From positions 15,066,001 to 15,130,000 of the forward strand of contig CM022665.1 of assembly GCA_012295275.1 (NCBI GenBank): a stretch of 64,000 nucleotides of DNA, written 5' to 3'. The notes beneath the pieces were generated by a model. The model was given only the letters and a program-made list of their open reading frames with translations, was not told the origin of the DNA and did no database searches. The stretch comes from Chrysomallon squamiferum. Its lineage: Eukaryota > Animalia > Mollusca. Made by a program: the position numbers and the translations under genes. Shown piece by piece: positions 49,695 through 64,000 of this stretch; within the stretch, counting starts at the first letter, position 1; every line of letters begins with the position of its first letter.

Positions 49695-52600
49695 CTAGTG
49701 GCCTACCATTGGTTGATTTGGGTTGTGGTGTAATGTAGGTGGTAAGGTGGGCCGATCTTCTAGCTTGTCGTATTCCAAAAGGAATTCCTTGGCCATCTTC
49801 CTCCAGTTCTGTACATCAAAGTAAAAGTATGTTCCCCGTTCATATGCATTTGTTTTCATCAGTGGCTCCATGCCTGGTGCTCGAGTCATCCAAATCCTCT
49901 CTTCCTTGTGATACCTCCATTCTCTGTTGTACCTGAGTAGAACAAATTATTTCAAAAAATTAAAAAAATTAAAAATAAAAAAAGAAGAAAAGGAAGAAAG
50001 ATTTGAAAAAGTGGAAAATAAATAAATTAATTAAAATTCTAGACAGACTTACAGTTCACACATAATAAACAGACACTTAAAGTTCATGCATAATAGAAAT
50101 AGACAGACTTACAGTTCTGCTGCAGCAGCCAGTTGCAATACATCACCTCCATTCATATAGAAAAGAAAGAAGAGAAGATCTTCACCATATCTGTTCAGCT
50201 TTATAGGTGCAAGCTGGAACAAACAAGAACTGTAACTGTTTTTCATAAAGTGCCCATGGTGCTAAGATTATCAGCAACAGCCACATATTTGTAAGTCTGC
50301 TGATGTTACAGTGTCTTTCCAATAATGTTTCTGTGACTACAGCACATTTAGAGTCAAGTCAGTTTCAAAGGTTTTTAAAAATTTTTTTTAGCTGCAGACA
50401 AATTTAAACAAGTAACTGAAATGATAGATAAGCCTTATTCACAGATAAAAAGGGGAGAAAAAAATATTAGTCTATAATTGCAATGATGGAGATATTGGTA
50501 AGAGTATAATTTTCATAGAACATTTTATTGACAAATATTTTTACATATGGAACTATTTCAGAAGTCGTTTTTCTTTAAATATTATGTATTTCATATGAAA
50601 ATATACCTTGTCTCGTATGAATATATTTGTCAAATACTCTGCAGGGACATGGAAATCTAAAGGAAAACAAATAAATCAAACACATTCACACAAAAAAATA
50701 TTTTAAAAATATAAATATACAAGACTTTAAATTTAAATTGAATATAAAAACAATCAGCATAAATAAATTCATAAAATAGTTTTAAAATTTGCCACAGGAA
50801 TGTTATTACAGACTGTACAATACATTTCTGATGTAACAACAGTGAAACAAAATTAGTAATAATATGACAGACAGAAAAAAGGATGTTCTAAAATTTCTCA
50901 ACTGCAGTATTTCTACTCTGAACAAATTCTTAACAGTACCTTTTGAAAATAAATACTTGTTACATTCCTGGTTTATAACACTTTTTTATTAATTTTAAGT
51001 TTTTCTGAAAATGATATTCAACATGTAACAACAGAAAAATAAAACACACAATATAAATATTCAGTTACTGAGCTGAATAACTACATCGCAAATAACCATT
51101 TGTTATAATAAACAATTTTTTTTAAATAGTTTTCACAGTTTTTTCTATCAGTACTACAACTACTATCATTACCGACTTTAAAAAAAGAAAAAAGAAAAAA
51201 AGAAATAAAAGAAAAAATAAACTAAAAATTAAATTTTTAATTTATTTTATTTGTTTTTTTTTTATTTTTTTTGTTTTCGATCTTTATTTTAAATTTAAAA
51301 TCATACCAATGTCCTGAGGTCTACATGGAGCATCAGCCCAAGGTGACTGAAAAGTACTGTACAGATTCCTACAAGTACAATATTTAAACTATTAAAAACA
51401 TCTAACTAGTTACCTATGGTTTTAAATTACTTATCCTTTATTTTACACTTTTTAAAATACTTTTAATTCCTAAATCTGGCATGGAAAAAAAAAATGGAAT
51501 AAAAAGAAGAAAAGTACGTATGTACATATACATGTACTTATTACTTTCAGTAAATGAAATAAACATCAAGATGATAAAACACATAATATAAAACCAATAA
51601 ATCTTGAAGATATTTTGGTTCTACTAGTTAATATAAATTGTTAGTATATATGCATATTCATTTTTGACAAACACTGATTTAAGGTTAATATAACAACAAG
51701 TTACAAAGTATTAACATATTTGAGAACACAAAAACATTTTCAGGGAAAGCTAGATGATGAACATTTTTAACAATACTGATTTGAAAGAAATTTGTGCATT
51801 AAAAAAACAAAAAAACAAACAAACAAAAAAGAAATCCATCACTATATGAATAAATATCTTTTCAGTTTGAGTTTCATATTTGTTAAAAAATAAATAAATA
51901 AAAGTAATTACAAATATAATATGAATTGTATTAAACTGTTAAAGCATACATCTGGTAGCAGGAACAAAATACATTTTGTACATTTTAAAGAGTGTTTTAA
52001 CTGTAGTTGTATGCCAAACTTTTCTAATAATAAAGTAAAAATGAAAAGTGAAATACACACACACACACACACACTAGCCATTATTACTTCTTTTGGGATC
52101 TTGTTTTAGTAAGATGGTATTCAGAAATAAAGGGGAAAAATGACAGGCTCCATGCAGTCCACCAATTTATTTTAATGAAATACTTTATTATCAGCAAATA
52201 ATGCGCAATATAAAAAAAATACCACCATCAGTACATTGCAAAGACTTTGAATTTGTTCCTATCACCAAAGATACACACTGTGTTATACTGTGCTACATCT
52301 AGCTTTGTAAGAAAGAACATACAGTTTTAATTTGTGTAAATTACAAAAAACACAACATCACAGAAAAACTAAAAAATAACAACATCACTATAAGCACAGC
52401 AGCAAAATGAAAGAAAAAAAGAGAATAATGAAAGGAAAACAAGAGAAACAAAATCAGTTTAAAACTTAACATTCATACCTCGAAGTGCTGCATACAAATA
52501 AAAATAAATGTAATAAAAAGAAAAACGAAACTAGACTAGTGAGATAATTCCACACTTATAAATGTACTTAATAATTACTATTTTCAATGTTAATATTTAC

Positions 52601-55600
52601 TACCTTTCTAGAACATCACATTAGGACTATTTAATATATATTTATTACACATGTACTCAAATACACACACACACACACATGCACACATTATTACAATAAA
52701 ACTGCTAACTACACATAATAACATATATAACTACAGTATAACTGTTATTAAATTTTCATAACTACACTACCATTTTATGTATGTATATAAAAACAGCATT
52801 CATTGTTACAGGACTAATAAAATTTTATAAATTACAATTGATAAGCAACAAACACTATTAATTACCAGATCAGGACTGAATTTCTTTAAATCTATGTACC
52901 ATATTTTTATAATATTAATTTCCTTAAATACATTTGCATTAATTAACATTTGAAAAACAGAGAAAACCCCTAATTCAAAACAAAATGACCCTTACAGTTT
53001 CAGGTAGAATCAAATGTTTTCAGATAAATAATCTGAATTTTCAAGTGAAGCACAACAAAAAAAAACAACAACATATATAACCAAAGATGTTGTAATTAAC
53101 AATTTTCAAGTTTTTTTTAAAGCAGATTTTGGGGACATTTTGAAACAGAAATTTTGTTAAAATAAACTCAAACTTTAGGGTAAGAAAAAAAAAAAAAAAA
53201 ATGAAAATGAAAAAACAATGTTATATCAATTCATAATTCCCAGTTTCAAATGCATCAACCAACACTGACTTTAAAAAGTGACCACCACTACCACGACATG
53301 CTTGCCCAAAAAACAAATTAAATTGATTTTGCTCAGGCAAATAAAATTAATATTGGTGAGGCAAATAAAATCAGTAATGCTTAGGCAAATCAAATTAATA
53401 TTACTGTGGCAAATGAATGTTTATCTCCTTACCTGACGTATTCAGGAGAATTCAGATTAAGACCAAGTGTTGTCAGGTCTATTCCTGGTGCCAAAGCAAC
53501 AAGGTTCTGGTCATTCTCTGCTGCTCGGATAAACGTTAACAAACCAACTATTCCAAATTGATCAGTTACCATCCCTGATGGTATGTTTGACACCGTTCCT
53601 GTAATATCACACAGACAGATTATTATTTTTACTGCCTTTGGAAATTTTCTGGGAATTTAACGACATTTAAGTTACCTATATTTGACAACTCTGAAATACT
53701 GGAATGTTCTGGATTTTTAAGGTTATGTGGAAACCATTCTCCAAAGATTCCAAAAATTAAATGATTTTTTTTTAACACTTTACAGATATAGTTGAAGTTA
53801 TCATCATAAGAAGGATCAATCATTAATAAAATACTGGTTAATAAAACCTCACCATCTGGATGTGTTTGTATGCCTCTTTTTGGTTGTGTGGATTTTTCTC
53901 CATTCTTTATGTCTTTGTTTGCAGATGGATCAAAAGCTCCTCCTCCAGGAGCCGGCTGAAGAACAAGTAAGTAAGTAAGAAACAAGTAATTAATTAAGTA
54001 AATAACTGAGAAAGAAAGAAAGAAGAAACAAATAAGTAAATAAAAAAAAAAAAAATCTTCTTCCAGGAAACAGGTGGAGAGGGAAAAACAATGTAATTAA
54101 GTAATTATACAAGTAAGTAAGTAAGGAAAAAATAAATAAGAAATAAGGAAATCAAGGTCATAAACTTGTTCTGTAAGTCATGGATCAAGTTTTTCTTTTG
54201 CCTTCAGGAGAATGTTCCTGATCAGACAAACTCACCATGTAGGGATTGGGTGGGCCAAATAAAGCACTAACAGTCTTCCTTCCTGAATCATTTGCAGCTG
54301 AAGCTGGAGGGTCTGAAAACAAAATAATCAAAATTAAAATCACTGTAACATACAACTTTGAAGAAAAAATTAATAATAATACTTATAATAATACAAAAAT
54401 AAATGCTCATGTACACACAGGCCTTCTACTGTTATTATTATTAGCATTCAGAATTTATTTATATGAACACACTTCTGAGGCAATGTTCTTTTTTCTTGTA
54501 TTATTAGATAAAATTATGATGACACAGGCTGCCCATTTATTTGTTCAATTTGTTGACAGTGTAAGAAAGATCATACAACTTTAAATTGATAAAAATAGAG
54601 CTTCCCAGACTTTCAAAGGTAGTATCATCACTGTACTAAGATTTATTAATTTAAAAAAAAAAAAACATTGTTTTTTTTTAAATTCCAGAGAAATAGTTAA
54701 CATTATAATCTAAATTAGTTTGTAAACGTAATGACATTTTTTTTTCTTTACTTTCTAAATACATTTGTATTCAGTTAAGTACTAAAATGATAGTGTTACA
54801 CATACTTGTTGAACCAGGAAGAGCAGGGAACTCTTCTGCAGTGATGTTAAACTCTGGCGTCTGCTCTTGTACAGGCTTGCTTACCAAACCTTTTGAAAGG
54901 GGCAGAAAAAAATAAAAAAAATAAAAAAACTTTCTTGAAATTAATTTATCTAGCTATATATATATATATATTTTTTTTGAATATTTTAAAACTTCATTAT
55001 GTTTCACTGATGTTTATGTTTTCCCATCAAATAAAAGAAATAACATGTTGTATGATACTTTATTGTTATGAATGCATGTATTTATAAAATAACACAGCAT
55101 GGTTCAATCATTTTAGCAGCTTTATTTTCCAAATTATAATTAATAATTTATGATGATGATGATACTGACAATAATGGTAATGATAATGATAATGACAATA
55201 ATAATAATACAAAGTTACCAAAACAGATAACAAATATAATTAATTTAAAAAATAAATAAATAAATAAAAAGACTAAGATAAATTAATATTACATTAACGT
55301 GTTGTTCAAGAAGTACTTAAGTGAACTAATTTTTTTAATTTCTAAAATAAAATTTATAAAATAGCACATTAAAAATCAGCTAACAAAAAAAATAGAGAAA
55401 AACTGATGAAGATATACACTGCAATGTAAGTTTGTTTGACTGAAAGTTAAACTTGTTTTTAGAATGAAATTCCTTTTTAAACTGTAGCATAATTATAGTT
55501 AAGTATTATTTTAATGATAATAATGTATTTAAATAAATATATAATTATTTTAATAAGCATAATACTACTTTTAATATATATATGATAATTTTTTCATTTA

Positions 55601-58470
55601 GTAATTTTAATACATTTAATTCAGCTACTATTCTATACCATGTCTGTATCATTATTAACATATTAATATTTTTTCCCTATGAGTAGATATAGTACATTTT
55701 AAAGTATTTTCATGAATTCTCTTGTATATCTTTTCACTCCACCACATAAACCAAGCACATAACAAACAAAAATAAGTAAATCATTTTAAAAATCTAAACA
55801 TCGTGCATTTCAATCTATCTATCAAACAAAGTATTTATGAAAATTAAAAAACCAAAACTTTCTATCAACAACACTCTTCGGTGACACAGTGAACTTTGAG
55901 TAATTTTCCTAGTTCCTGGAATAACATAATTATTGTGATTTAAAGATTCTAATAACTTTTACAACCTAACAAAGTAATTTAAATAAATTATTAAAATAAA
56001 AATCAGAAATAATTTTTAAAATTTCAAGGATTTAAAATAATTTATAAATAATAATAAATAATATTACAGCTCATTTTTTTTAATTACTTATAAAACCAAT
56101 GTCCTTAATTCTTGTGAGGATTAATTCAAAAATACTTTCTTAATGACATGTATGGAAATTATGAAATTTAATTAATCACATAATATTCACAATGAAGTAA
56201 CTATAAAATGTACATCAAGTTTGCAACTGGAATGATTTATAAGCAGTTTTGTAATTATCTAATTATAAACTTCAAGAATATAGACAAATCTGTGAGATTT
56301 TGTTTATACAAATTACAGGATTAAAGAAATACTTTATAACCCCATGTTCTTATTTACAGTTGGGAAATCTCACATGAGAACAATTCATTATTTATTAATA
56401 ATAAACATTAAACAACAGACAATATTATGATTACTTTTATTATTATTAGATATCACTAAAAACAGTTATGTGTTTCATTTTAACATCTGTTAAACAATGG
56501 TAATAACAGATTATTATGTATTTCATTTTATTACCAGTTAAATAAAGATACTAATCTACATTCACATTTAAGATGGAAATTATTCAAAAGATTTCACAGT
56601 AACATATTAATAATGATCTTTAAACCAATAGGAAGAAATACTATTTTTAATTTTATAATTACAATTAAATTAAAAAAGCTGTTGTCACATTTATGATGGT
56701 GTAAAGTCATAAAAAGCTTCACATTAAACAAAGAAAAAAACACAGTAACTTACTTGAATGACAAATTAAGTATTATATTTAATGAATCTATAATCTTAGT
56801 TAGGAACTGTTTCACAATATTTCTAAGTAATGTTAAAGACAAACAAGTGAGAAATGTTAACAATGAATTATGTTTGAAAACAGTGTGACAATTGAAGTTA
56901 TCTTCCAAATAATTAGTTCTTCAAAATACATTCTTCTTCAGCCAAAAAGCCAAGGTGGACAATATTAAATATTTTTCCAGTTAAGAATTCAGTTTTGTTA
57001 AATAATGTTTACCTTGTTTAGGTGCAACTTTCACAAAACATATGAAACTTATTAATATTCTTAACATACTTTAAAAAAAAAAATGCCCAGTTAATGATGG
57101 AAAAACAGTTTTGTTATACATTAGTGAGAAGAAGTAGAGTTAGACTGTAGAACATTAAATAAATAAAAATGTGAACAACCATGAGAGAAATTTCAAATAT
57201 TTTCGCGAAGATGACAAGTCATAATCCAGTCAGAATATGAACAAGAGAAAAAAACACCAAACTATATCCACATATGTAAATAATTTCCTCACTTAATGTT
57301 TTTTTTGTTTTTCTATAAGAAAATATTAATACTTAAGAAATAAAAAATAAAAAATAAAAAGTCAGTTTACATACAGATTATGTAAATAAAATTAAATGTT
57401 TAAAACTTATCTAACCTAGATTTTAAGGTGCCGTCATGGTTAAAAATCTACATCACTTTATATTGCCAACGAAATGATTATTTAGTGGTGTTTTTGTTTT
57501 TACTATGATTACAAACTAATTTCAAATGACTTAAGATCTTTAATTAAAATAAAAGAATTAAGGTTTTTTGATTAATATTTGTTATTTTCCCAACCCTCTA
57601 GAGTCTATACTTTATTTTTTAAATACTTTTTACATTTTTTATTTCCACTGTATTTGTTAGCACATTTTTTATTACTGCTGTATTTATTAACACTTTTTAC
57701 AATACTATTTGGTTTTTATTTTTTTAAATATTGTTTTAATACTATTATTATTATTTGTTTTTGTGTACACACATAGATACAGTGAATTCTTACCATAGCT
57801 CCTAGGTGTGGGGACAGGGTTGGGTGCAAGATTAGATCTGTTACTAAGAGATGGAAATTCATTCAAGTCTAAAGACAGATGATTTTCACCTGCAAAAAAG
57901 GACAACACCTTGCTACTTTTTACTTTTTTTAAACCAGCACAATAAATAGGTAACAGATAAGAAAAATATAAAAAATAAATAAAAAAATGTTGCCAACTTA
58001 TTTTTGATTTATCAGGGATGAATAAGAGAAAAGTTTCAGTCATTGTATTTTTTTGTGGGTTTTTTTGTTTTGTTTTTTTTGTAATTTAAAAAAAAAAAAA
58101 AAGTAAATTTCTTTTTAATTTTTTATGTTACATAAAAATAATTACATATTTTCTAATTCTGTTCCTTTGCCCTCCCCCCAAAAAATAAAATAAAATAAAA
58201 AATATATATACATACATACATACATATATGTATGTATATATATATATAATAACAAAACATTTAAAAATTTTAAATATTTAAATTCATATCTATTGAAACA
58301 ATAACTTTTAATAAAAGAAAATCAACACATGCATGCAGACAAGCAAATATCATTTCAATATAATTTTAATAAAAACATTGAAATTTTGTTTAAAAATAAT
58401 TAATAATAATGAAAAATAATTTTTAAAAATAACTGAATTTAAATTGTTTTCTTGATTTTGGTTTAATGTG

Positions 58471-58507
<37 letters not shown>

Positions 58508-61500
58508 TTAAACAAAAAAGCTCATCCCTGAATTCATGAAATATTTGATTTTTAATTTTTAGTTACTCAATTCTGTTAACAATTTTAATCCTGATTAATA
58601 TTCTACAGAATTTGGTAGACACTTAATTTAAATAAATTATTAATTCACTATTATGTTTTAAGTGAAAATATCCTATTTTATATAATTCTAACTTTTAGAT
58701 TTTTACTTTATGAACACTGTCTCTGCAAAAAACCCAAATTATCTGATTTATACAAAAATGAACTGTAGATCTAATGAACTGTTTACAAGATGCAGAGGAC
58801 ATTCAAGCTTCTAATTCTTTTAACACTGATACAGAAACATCATGCTCTAAAATTCGCAACAAGAAAAAAAGACAAAACACATCTAAAATCTGAAAACCAT
58901 TAATTTTAGCACAGAAACAGTATATCAGAATAAGCAATGAAGAGATTTTCTACATCATCACCAATGTTACACTGACTATGAGGTGGCTGAAGAAGCACAA
59001 ATGTGTTTCTGTTACTGCAGTGACCATAGGGATGGTCATTTTATTATAATGACCTTAATTAAACAACAGTAAAAGCAGAGAAAAACCATGTAAACATGTG
59101 AGTTCAGAAAGCAGATGGTTATTATAACTGACCCCATATTAATCAACCATTATTGTTATTCACCTGTATTGTCCACATAACCAACAGAGACCATTACAGA
59201 ACCAAAGTTGAATTATATTGTAAGAACCAAAACAATATGATAAATAAACCATGTGAAAAAAAAAAAAAAAATAAAAAAAAAAAAAATTAATAAATAAAAT
59301 GTTTTGGTTGAACCATGAAATGAATAAAAAATAAAAAAATAAAAATAAAAACATTTTTTTTTAAATATTATTTAAAAAAGACAAAAGAGCACAACAACAA
59401 ATCAGATGACAATACCATGACATCAACTAACAGTCCAGTAGGCAACTATCCATCACTATTTCTTTAATTGTGGGTTAATGAATGTACAGAAGAAACATGT
59501 CAGACAAAGAGTGGCAGATATATTAATTATCTAGTAGTATTTTGGTTAGAAGTATACAAAATTACGCAACACCACAGACATCATATACTAATTACATGAT
59601 AGTTTTAGTAACCTTCACCCAGCGTAAATCACTGTTTTTGTGTTGATGATTTTTTTTGATTTTTTTTTTGTTAACAGATGTACAAGGTTTTTATCACTTA
59701 ACAATTTACTTTTGTTTGATCATTTGATATCTCAAAATACTAATCTAAAATAAAATGTTTTAATTCTTGGATTATCACCAAATAATGGACTAAAATTCAT
59801 AGTGATGTAAGATAATATATATATATTTAAAAAATTTAGTATCAAATTCAAAATTGTAGTAAATAAGTATGTTCTCTGTTCCGTATTTTTATTGTTGCAA
59901 CTTCGACACAAACTTTGTACATTTATATTAACTAATTAAATATTAGTAAGAATTCAGTGACATAATAAAGATTATCACAAACAATCGATGCAATGAAATA
60001 AATCAAAATTTCAATTTGTAAGGATAAAAATAGAAAAAGTCATTTTAAGTTTTAGGGCAACAATGGTTATTACATTATTTTTGTTTTCTTATTTGTAAAC
60101 ATTACTGTTATACTTTCAGAAAAGAAAAACAAACAAAATGTAAAACAAGCTTGTGAAATAAACTTATGTTGTGAAACTTACCTTGACGACTTCCTGGGAA
60201 ACCAAAATTGTTTGCTATACTGGTTACAGGTCCAGCACTGAAAGAAATCGTAACAAAATAAGATAATTAATTTGAAAAATGTATTAAAATAAATAATACA
60301 GCACAGGTACCTGATTGATTTTCTGGACGCTGGTGGTTCAGTACCTGTTTTAAAATGGACAAAATTATCATTGGGCTTTTGAAATCATTTACTTTTATTT
60401 TAACAATCTTTCATTTTAATCATTTTTATTAATAATATAATATACTTTTACTACTAACATATTTGATTCAATCATTTAATTAATTATTTTATATTTAATT
60501 TAAATTTGAGACATAGCAGAAACATATCTAGTTCCTCAGAAGTGTTTTCTTAAATTATTATTATTTTTTCAAATCTCTTTTGGTCTGCAAAAACCGTTAA
60601 TCTGGAAAGTCTGTGAACTGAGTATTCAGAATCAGCTGTCCAAGTAGCTAATCCAGCTGTCTGGACAACAAAAACCAATATTTATTTTTTACTATTTATC
60701 GTGTTATTTTAAGGGCAGGAGAGAAACATTAGAATTGTTTTTACCTTCCAAAAGCAGATGGTAAAGTAGTACGCTTCTGCAGATTTCCAATGGCTTGTTG
60801 TTGTGTTGGATTCTGACCAAGCACAGTTCGTGGACCAATAGCTGCTAAGCTGTAATGGTGAAAAAGTTTATGAATTATTTTCTCAATTATATTCATTACA
60901 ATAAATTAAAAAAAAAAAAAAACACACATATCCAAAAGAAACCCTCCTTTCAATGAATTTGAGGTATTTCCCACCAACAGCATTAGTTAGTTTTCAAAAA
61001 TATTTACATACAATTATTATCAATATGTAGTGTAATTCTTGCTGAATGCTTTTGATAATACTATTATTATTTATTAACATCTGGTGTGTGGTCGTGGTGT
61101 GTCTGGTACCTGTATAAAGAATTTTGTTAGACAATTTATGTGTTCATATAAACAAACCTGTTAGGTGAGTGTTGTTGTGGTTGCTGCGGCTGCATATTCA
61201 TGGGAAAGTTGGGGTTTATACTTTGTGGGTAATGTGTCCAGGATTGTTTCTTGGTGGAAATTGATTTGCACCAACATTTCTTGGAAGAATGGGAATCGCT
61301 ACAAGAAAGTAATTTCAGATACATGATAAAATTTTAATAAAATCACATGATAGTCATGATGATTTAAGAAACCCAAACATTAAAAGTAAAATCCTTACTC
61401 AGGTGAGCATGTATGACCCTGCAGTCTACGATTAACTGAAATTTTGGGGTGGGGGGTACTGTTTTATACCAATCAGCACCATTTCAAAGTGCAATCCAGC

Positions 61501-63619
61501 TATTGTTAATATATTATGAACAAAACCTTGATTAATCCGGGTACTGTTCCAGAACAAAAGAACAATTTATATAGTAATTAGTTTTATCAAGACTGCCACA
61601 GAAGTTTACAAGTATGATCACTACTTAAACAATGACGGCAATTTGCATGTAGTTAGAATCCCATTTGAGATGAAATGATCATGCTTTTTTGAAGGATTAA
61701 TAAAAAATGATGAAGTGCTTCTTGTAAATACCATGCACAGGTAGACAAACAAGATTATTATTAGTGTGTTTTGATAAGTAAGTAAATTCACTCATTTAGC
61801 TTTACTGTCAAAAGCATAAGTCTGCATAAATATATATGGCACACATTTTGCAATTTATGATAGGAAGACAGACAGTATCTGGTATTTTAAAACATAGTGA
61901 CCATTACAGGTATGAAAATTGTACAAAACCAACATTTCAGAAGAGAGGAATGAGTTAACTCTGAATGGATTCTCAAAACACACACTGATGCAATGACCAA
62001 ACTTGTGTACCCTGGCATTCTTAATATGATGAAACAAATTAATTTTTTTGCTGTGGCTACTTAAAGCAGACTTTTACAACCATGTCAAACCATGACAGAT
62101 GAGTTTGCTTTGGAGAAAAATATGGGGGACCCCCCCAAAAAAAGAACCTCACAGTCATCAGTTACAGACTATTTCTCAGCTGACATGTGTAATATAACAT
62201 ATTACAATTTCATATCATTTCAATCTTTATAAACCAGCACACATATATGTATGTGTGCACACAAATACATGCTCACACACACACACATAGTTTATGTCAT
62301 AAGCATCATTTTGTTATCAATCCCATCTCCACAGCTTGTGTCACTGCAAAGATAAACCTAACTGAATAACAGTACTCATGAAAAATTCTGAATAAAGTAC
62401 CTTCTTCAATCTGAGATTAAAAAAGTATTTCAAAGGTATTTTTAACATTCTTCCAATGCAGACATCAAATAAATTATTTATGTAACTTCTTCCATCAAAA
62501 TCTCAAATTAGAAAAAAAATGTATGATATTTATTAACTTCAAAGTCAATATTGCAATTCAATGTACACAGCCACAAAATGTTGATTGATACTAAGTCTTA
62601 TGCTCTTGAAGCTTTTATTACAGAACTAATCTTTATGGTAGAGCATTCAGTCAAGGTGCTATAGGTCACAGGATCAACCCCACTTAAAAGAATGAATGGT
62701 TTCTTGTTCCAGCCTATGCTTATCAACTGGTGAAACAAAGGCTTTTGTATTACTATTCTGTCTGTGGGAAGGTGGATATAAATAATCCTTTGCAGCTAAC
62801 ATGAAAATGTAAAATGGTATACTGGTATATCACCATTTTAAATTTTATGAACCCTGTGATGCTACTATAGCTTAATACCTCAACTACAAAAATTACCTCC
62901 AAACATCTGAGAAGGTGACTGAGAATGTGCCATCTGAAACATAAGAAAATATTTTTTTTATTGAAAAGTGAAAAAGAAACATTTACTACATAAATTACAG
63001 AAAAATGCAAAAAGATATGCATGAAGAAAGTACTCAAGTCAGAATTTTATGAAAGGTGAATGACCTCTACTAAGTTTTTGATACTGACTGCAGAAGCTAA
63101 TTACCAAGCCAAAGTAAGCTGTTTTTACAAGTTAATATAGCCATGACAGTAAACTTACTTCAGTATTTAAGAATATTAGTTTTTAAATATCCAGTTATTA
63201 ATATTCATATGTTAAACTGACTCTGACATGCTGGATTAAATTACTATCTGGCATATTAGTTGTTTTTTGTTTTTTTAAATTTATTTAATGTCTTCTAGTT
63301 TTTATACTTTTTAATTTCAAAAGACAAAATTATGGAACAAGTATCATTATCACCTGTGATATACATCAATTATATATAAAATAAATTTGCCTGCTGTCAG
63401 TATACTCTCTACAATATTATTTCAATTTATTCAATACCCAAAAACAAAACAAAACCATTGAATTGTACTATATTTATAATTTCAAGGATATATAAAATGG
63501 AAGAAATAGTTTTAAGATGCAATATATTAAAACCCTACCTCTTTTTCAGGCCTGAACACCGCTTGATTGAGGTATTGACTTGTTTCACTGTCATCTTCAC
63601 CTGACACATCAAAAAAGCC
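49695..63619 (-). CDS. CNOT2: CCR4-NOT transcription complex subunit 2 (5' end lies beyond the window)
   Basis: Exons approx. 63619-63539, 62933-62897, 61298-61158, 60849-60745, 60237-60182, 57889-57795, 54889-54806, 54312-54272 (or 54236), 53955-53853, 53598-53433, 51368-51307, 50656-50607, 50213-50113, 49932-49695. Motifs LDLNEFPSL, EEFPALPG, MVTDQFGIVGLLTFIRAA, YGEDLLFFLFY and ERGTYFYFD (NOT-box). Confidence 0.93.
53322..53416. repeat. Short degenerate tandem repeat (~23-24 bp x4) in a CNOT2 intron
   Basis: GGCAAAT(A/C)AAAT(T/C)A..A.T recurs four times. Confidence 0.65.
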
Positions 63620-64000
63620 CTGGAATATTATTGTTCAATAAACATTATATAGGTCAAATGTTATAAGATCTTGCAATACTTCCACAAACAAAACTTGGTG
63701 ACAAACTATGGTGTGAATAGTATGTTCATTAGATTTTATTTTTTTTAAATCTAACTTTACACAGCTCACAGGCTAATAGCTTTTATGAAACTGACTCATA
63801 AGCCATAAGGCCAATGTTAACACTGACAAAAACAATAATAAAATCTATATATTGTTATGCACTGATGATCAATTTGTGAGATACAGATCATACTGCACAT
63901 TGTGCTATCAATAAATCTAAAATTTATATTAATGTAACACTTTATTATGAGCAATCATAGGTAACTTTATATATTATTACAGTATGTGATTAATAAAACA

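Noticed and set aside
53322-53416. Spaced short repeats superficially like a CRISPR array
   Set aside because: Eukaryotic intron, degenerate tandem units without unique spacers, no cas genes.

Overview
Very AT-rich, intron-dense animal genomic DNA. It is probably molluscan (gastropod-like); this is inferred from protein sequences and repeat fragments, not proven. Five housekeeping loci were reconstructed by hand from GT-AG exon boundaries: the 5' part of PRMT3 (-), CSDE1/UNR (-), CHMP2A (+, head-to-head with CSDE1), SEC63 (+, 19 coding exons) and most of CNOT2 (-). A ~7.4 kb tandem duplication (18811-26222 vs 26223-~35410) created a truncated, frameshifted SEC63 copy upstream of the intact gene, and SEC63 exon 1 occurs three times. 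The most interesting non-coding signals are: (i) a perfect 43-nt intronic antisense copy of a CSDE1 exon/5' splice-site junction; (ii) five related H/ACA-type RNA candidates in SEC63 introns; (iii) a pseudoknot-capable intronic island; (iv) several duplicated or shifted splice sites; (v) an apparent frameshift in CNOT2 with a possible compensating micro-exon; (vi) a 1.9 kb TAG..CTA insertion whose empty site survives in the duplicate; (vii) a mariner MITE upstream of PRMT3. No prokaryote-type systems, tRNA or rRNA were seen.
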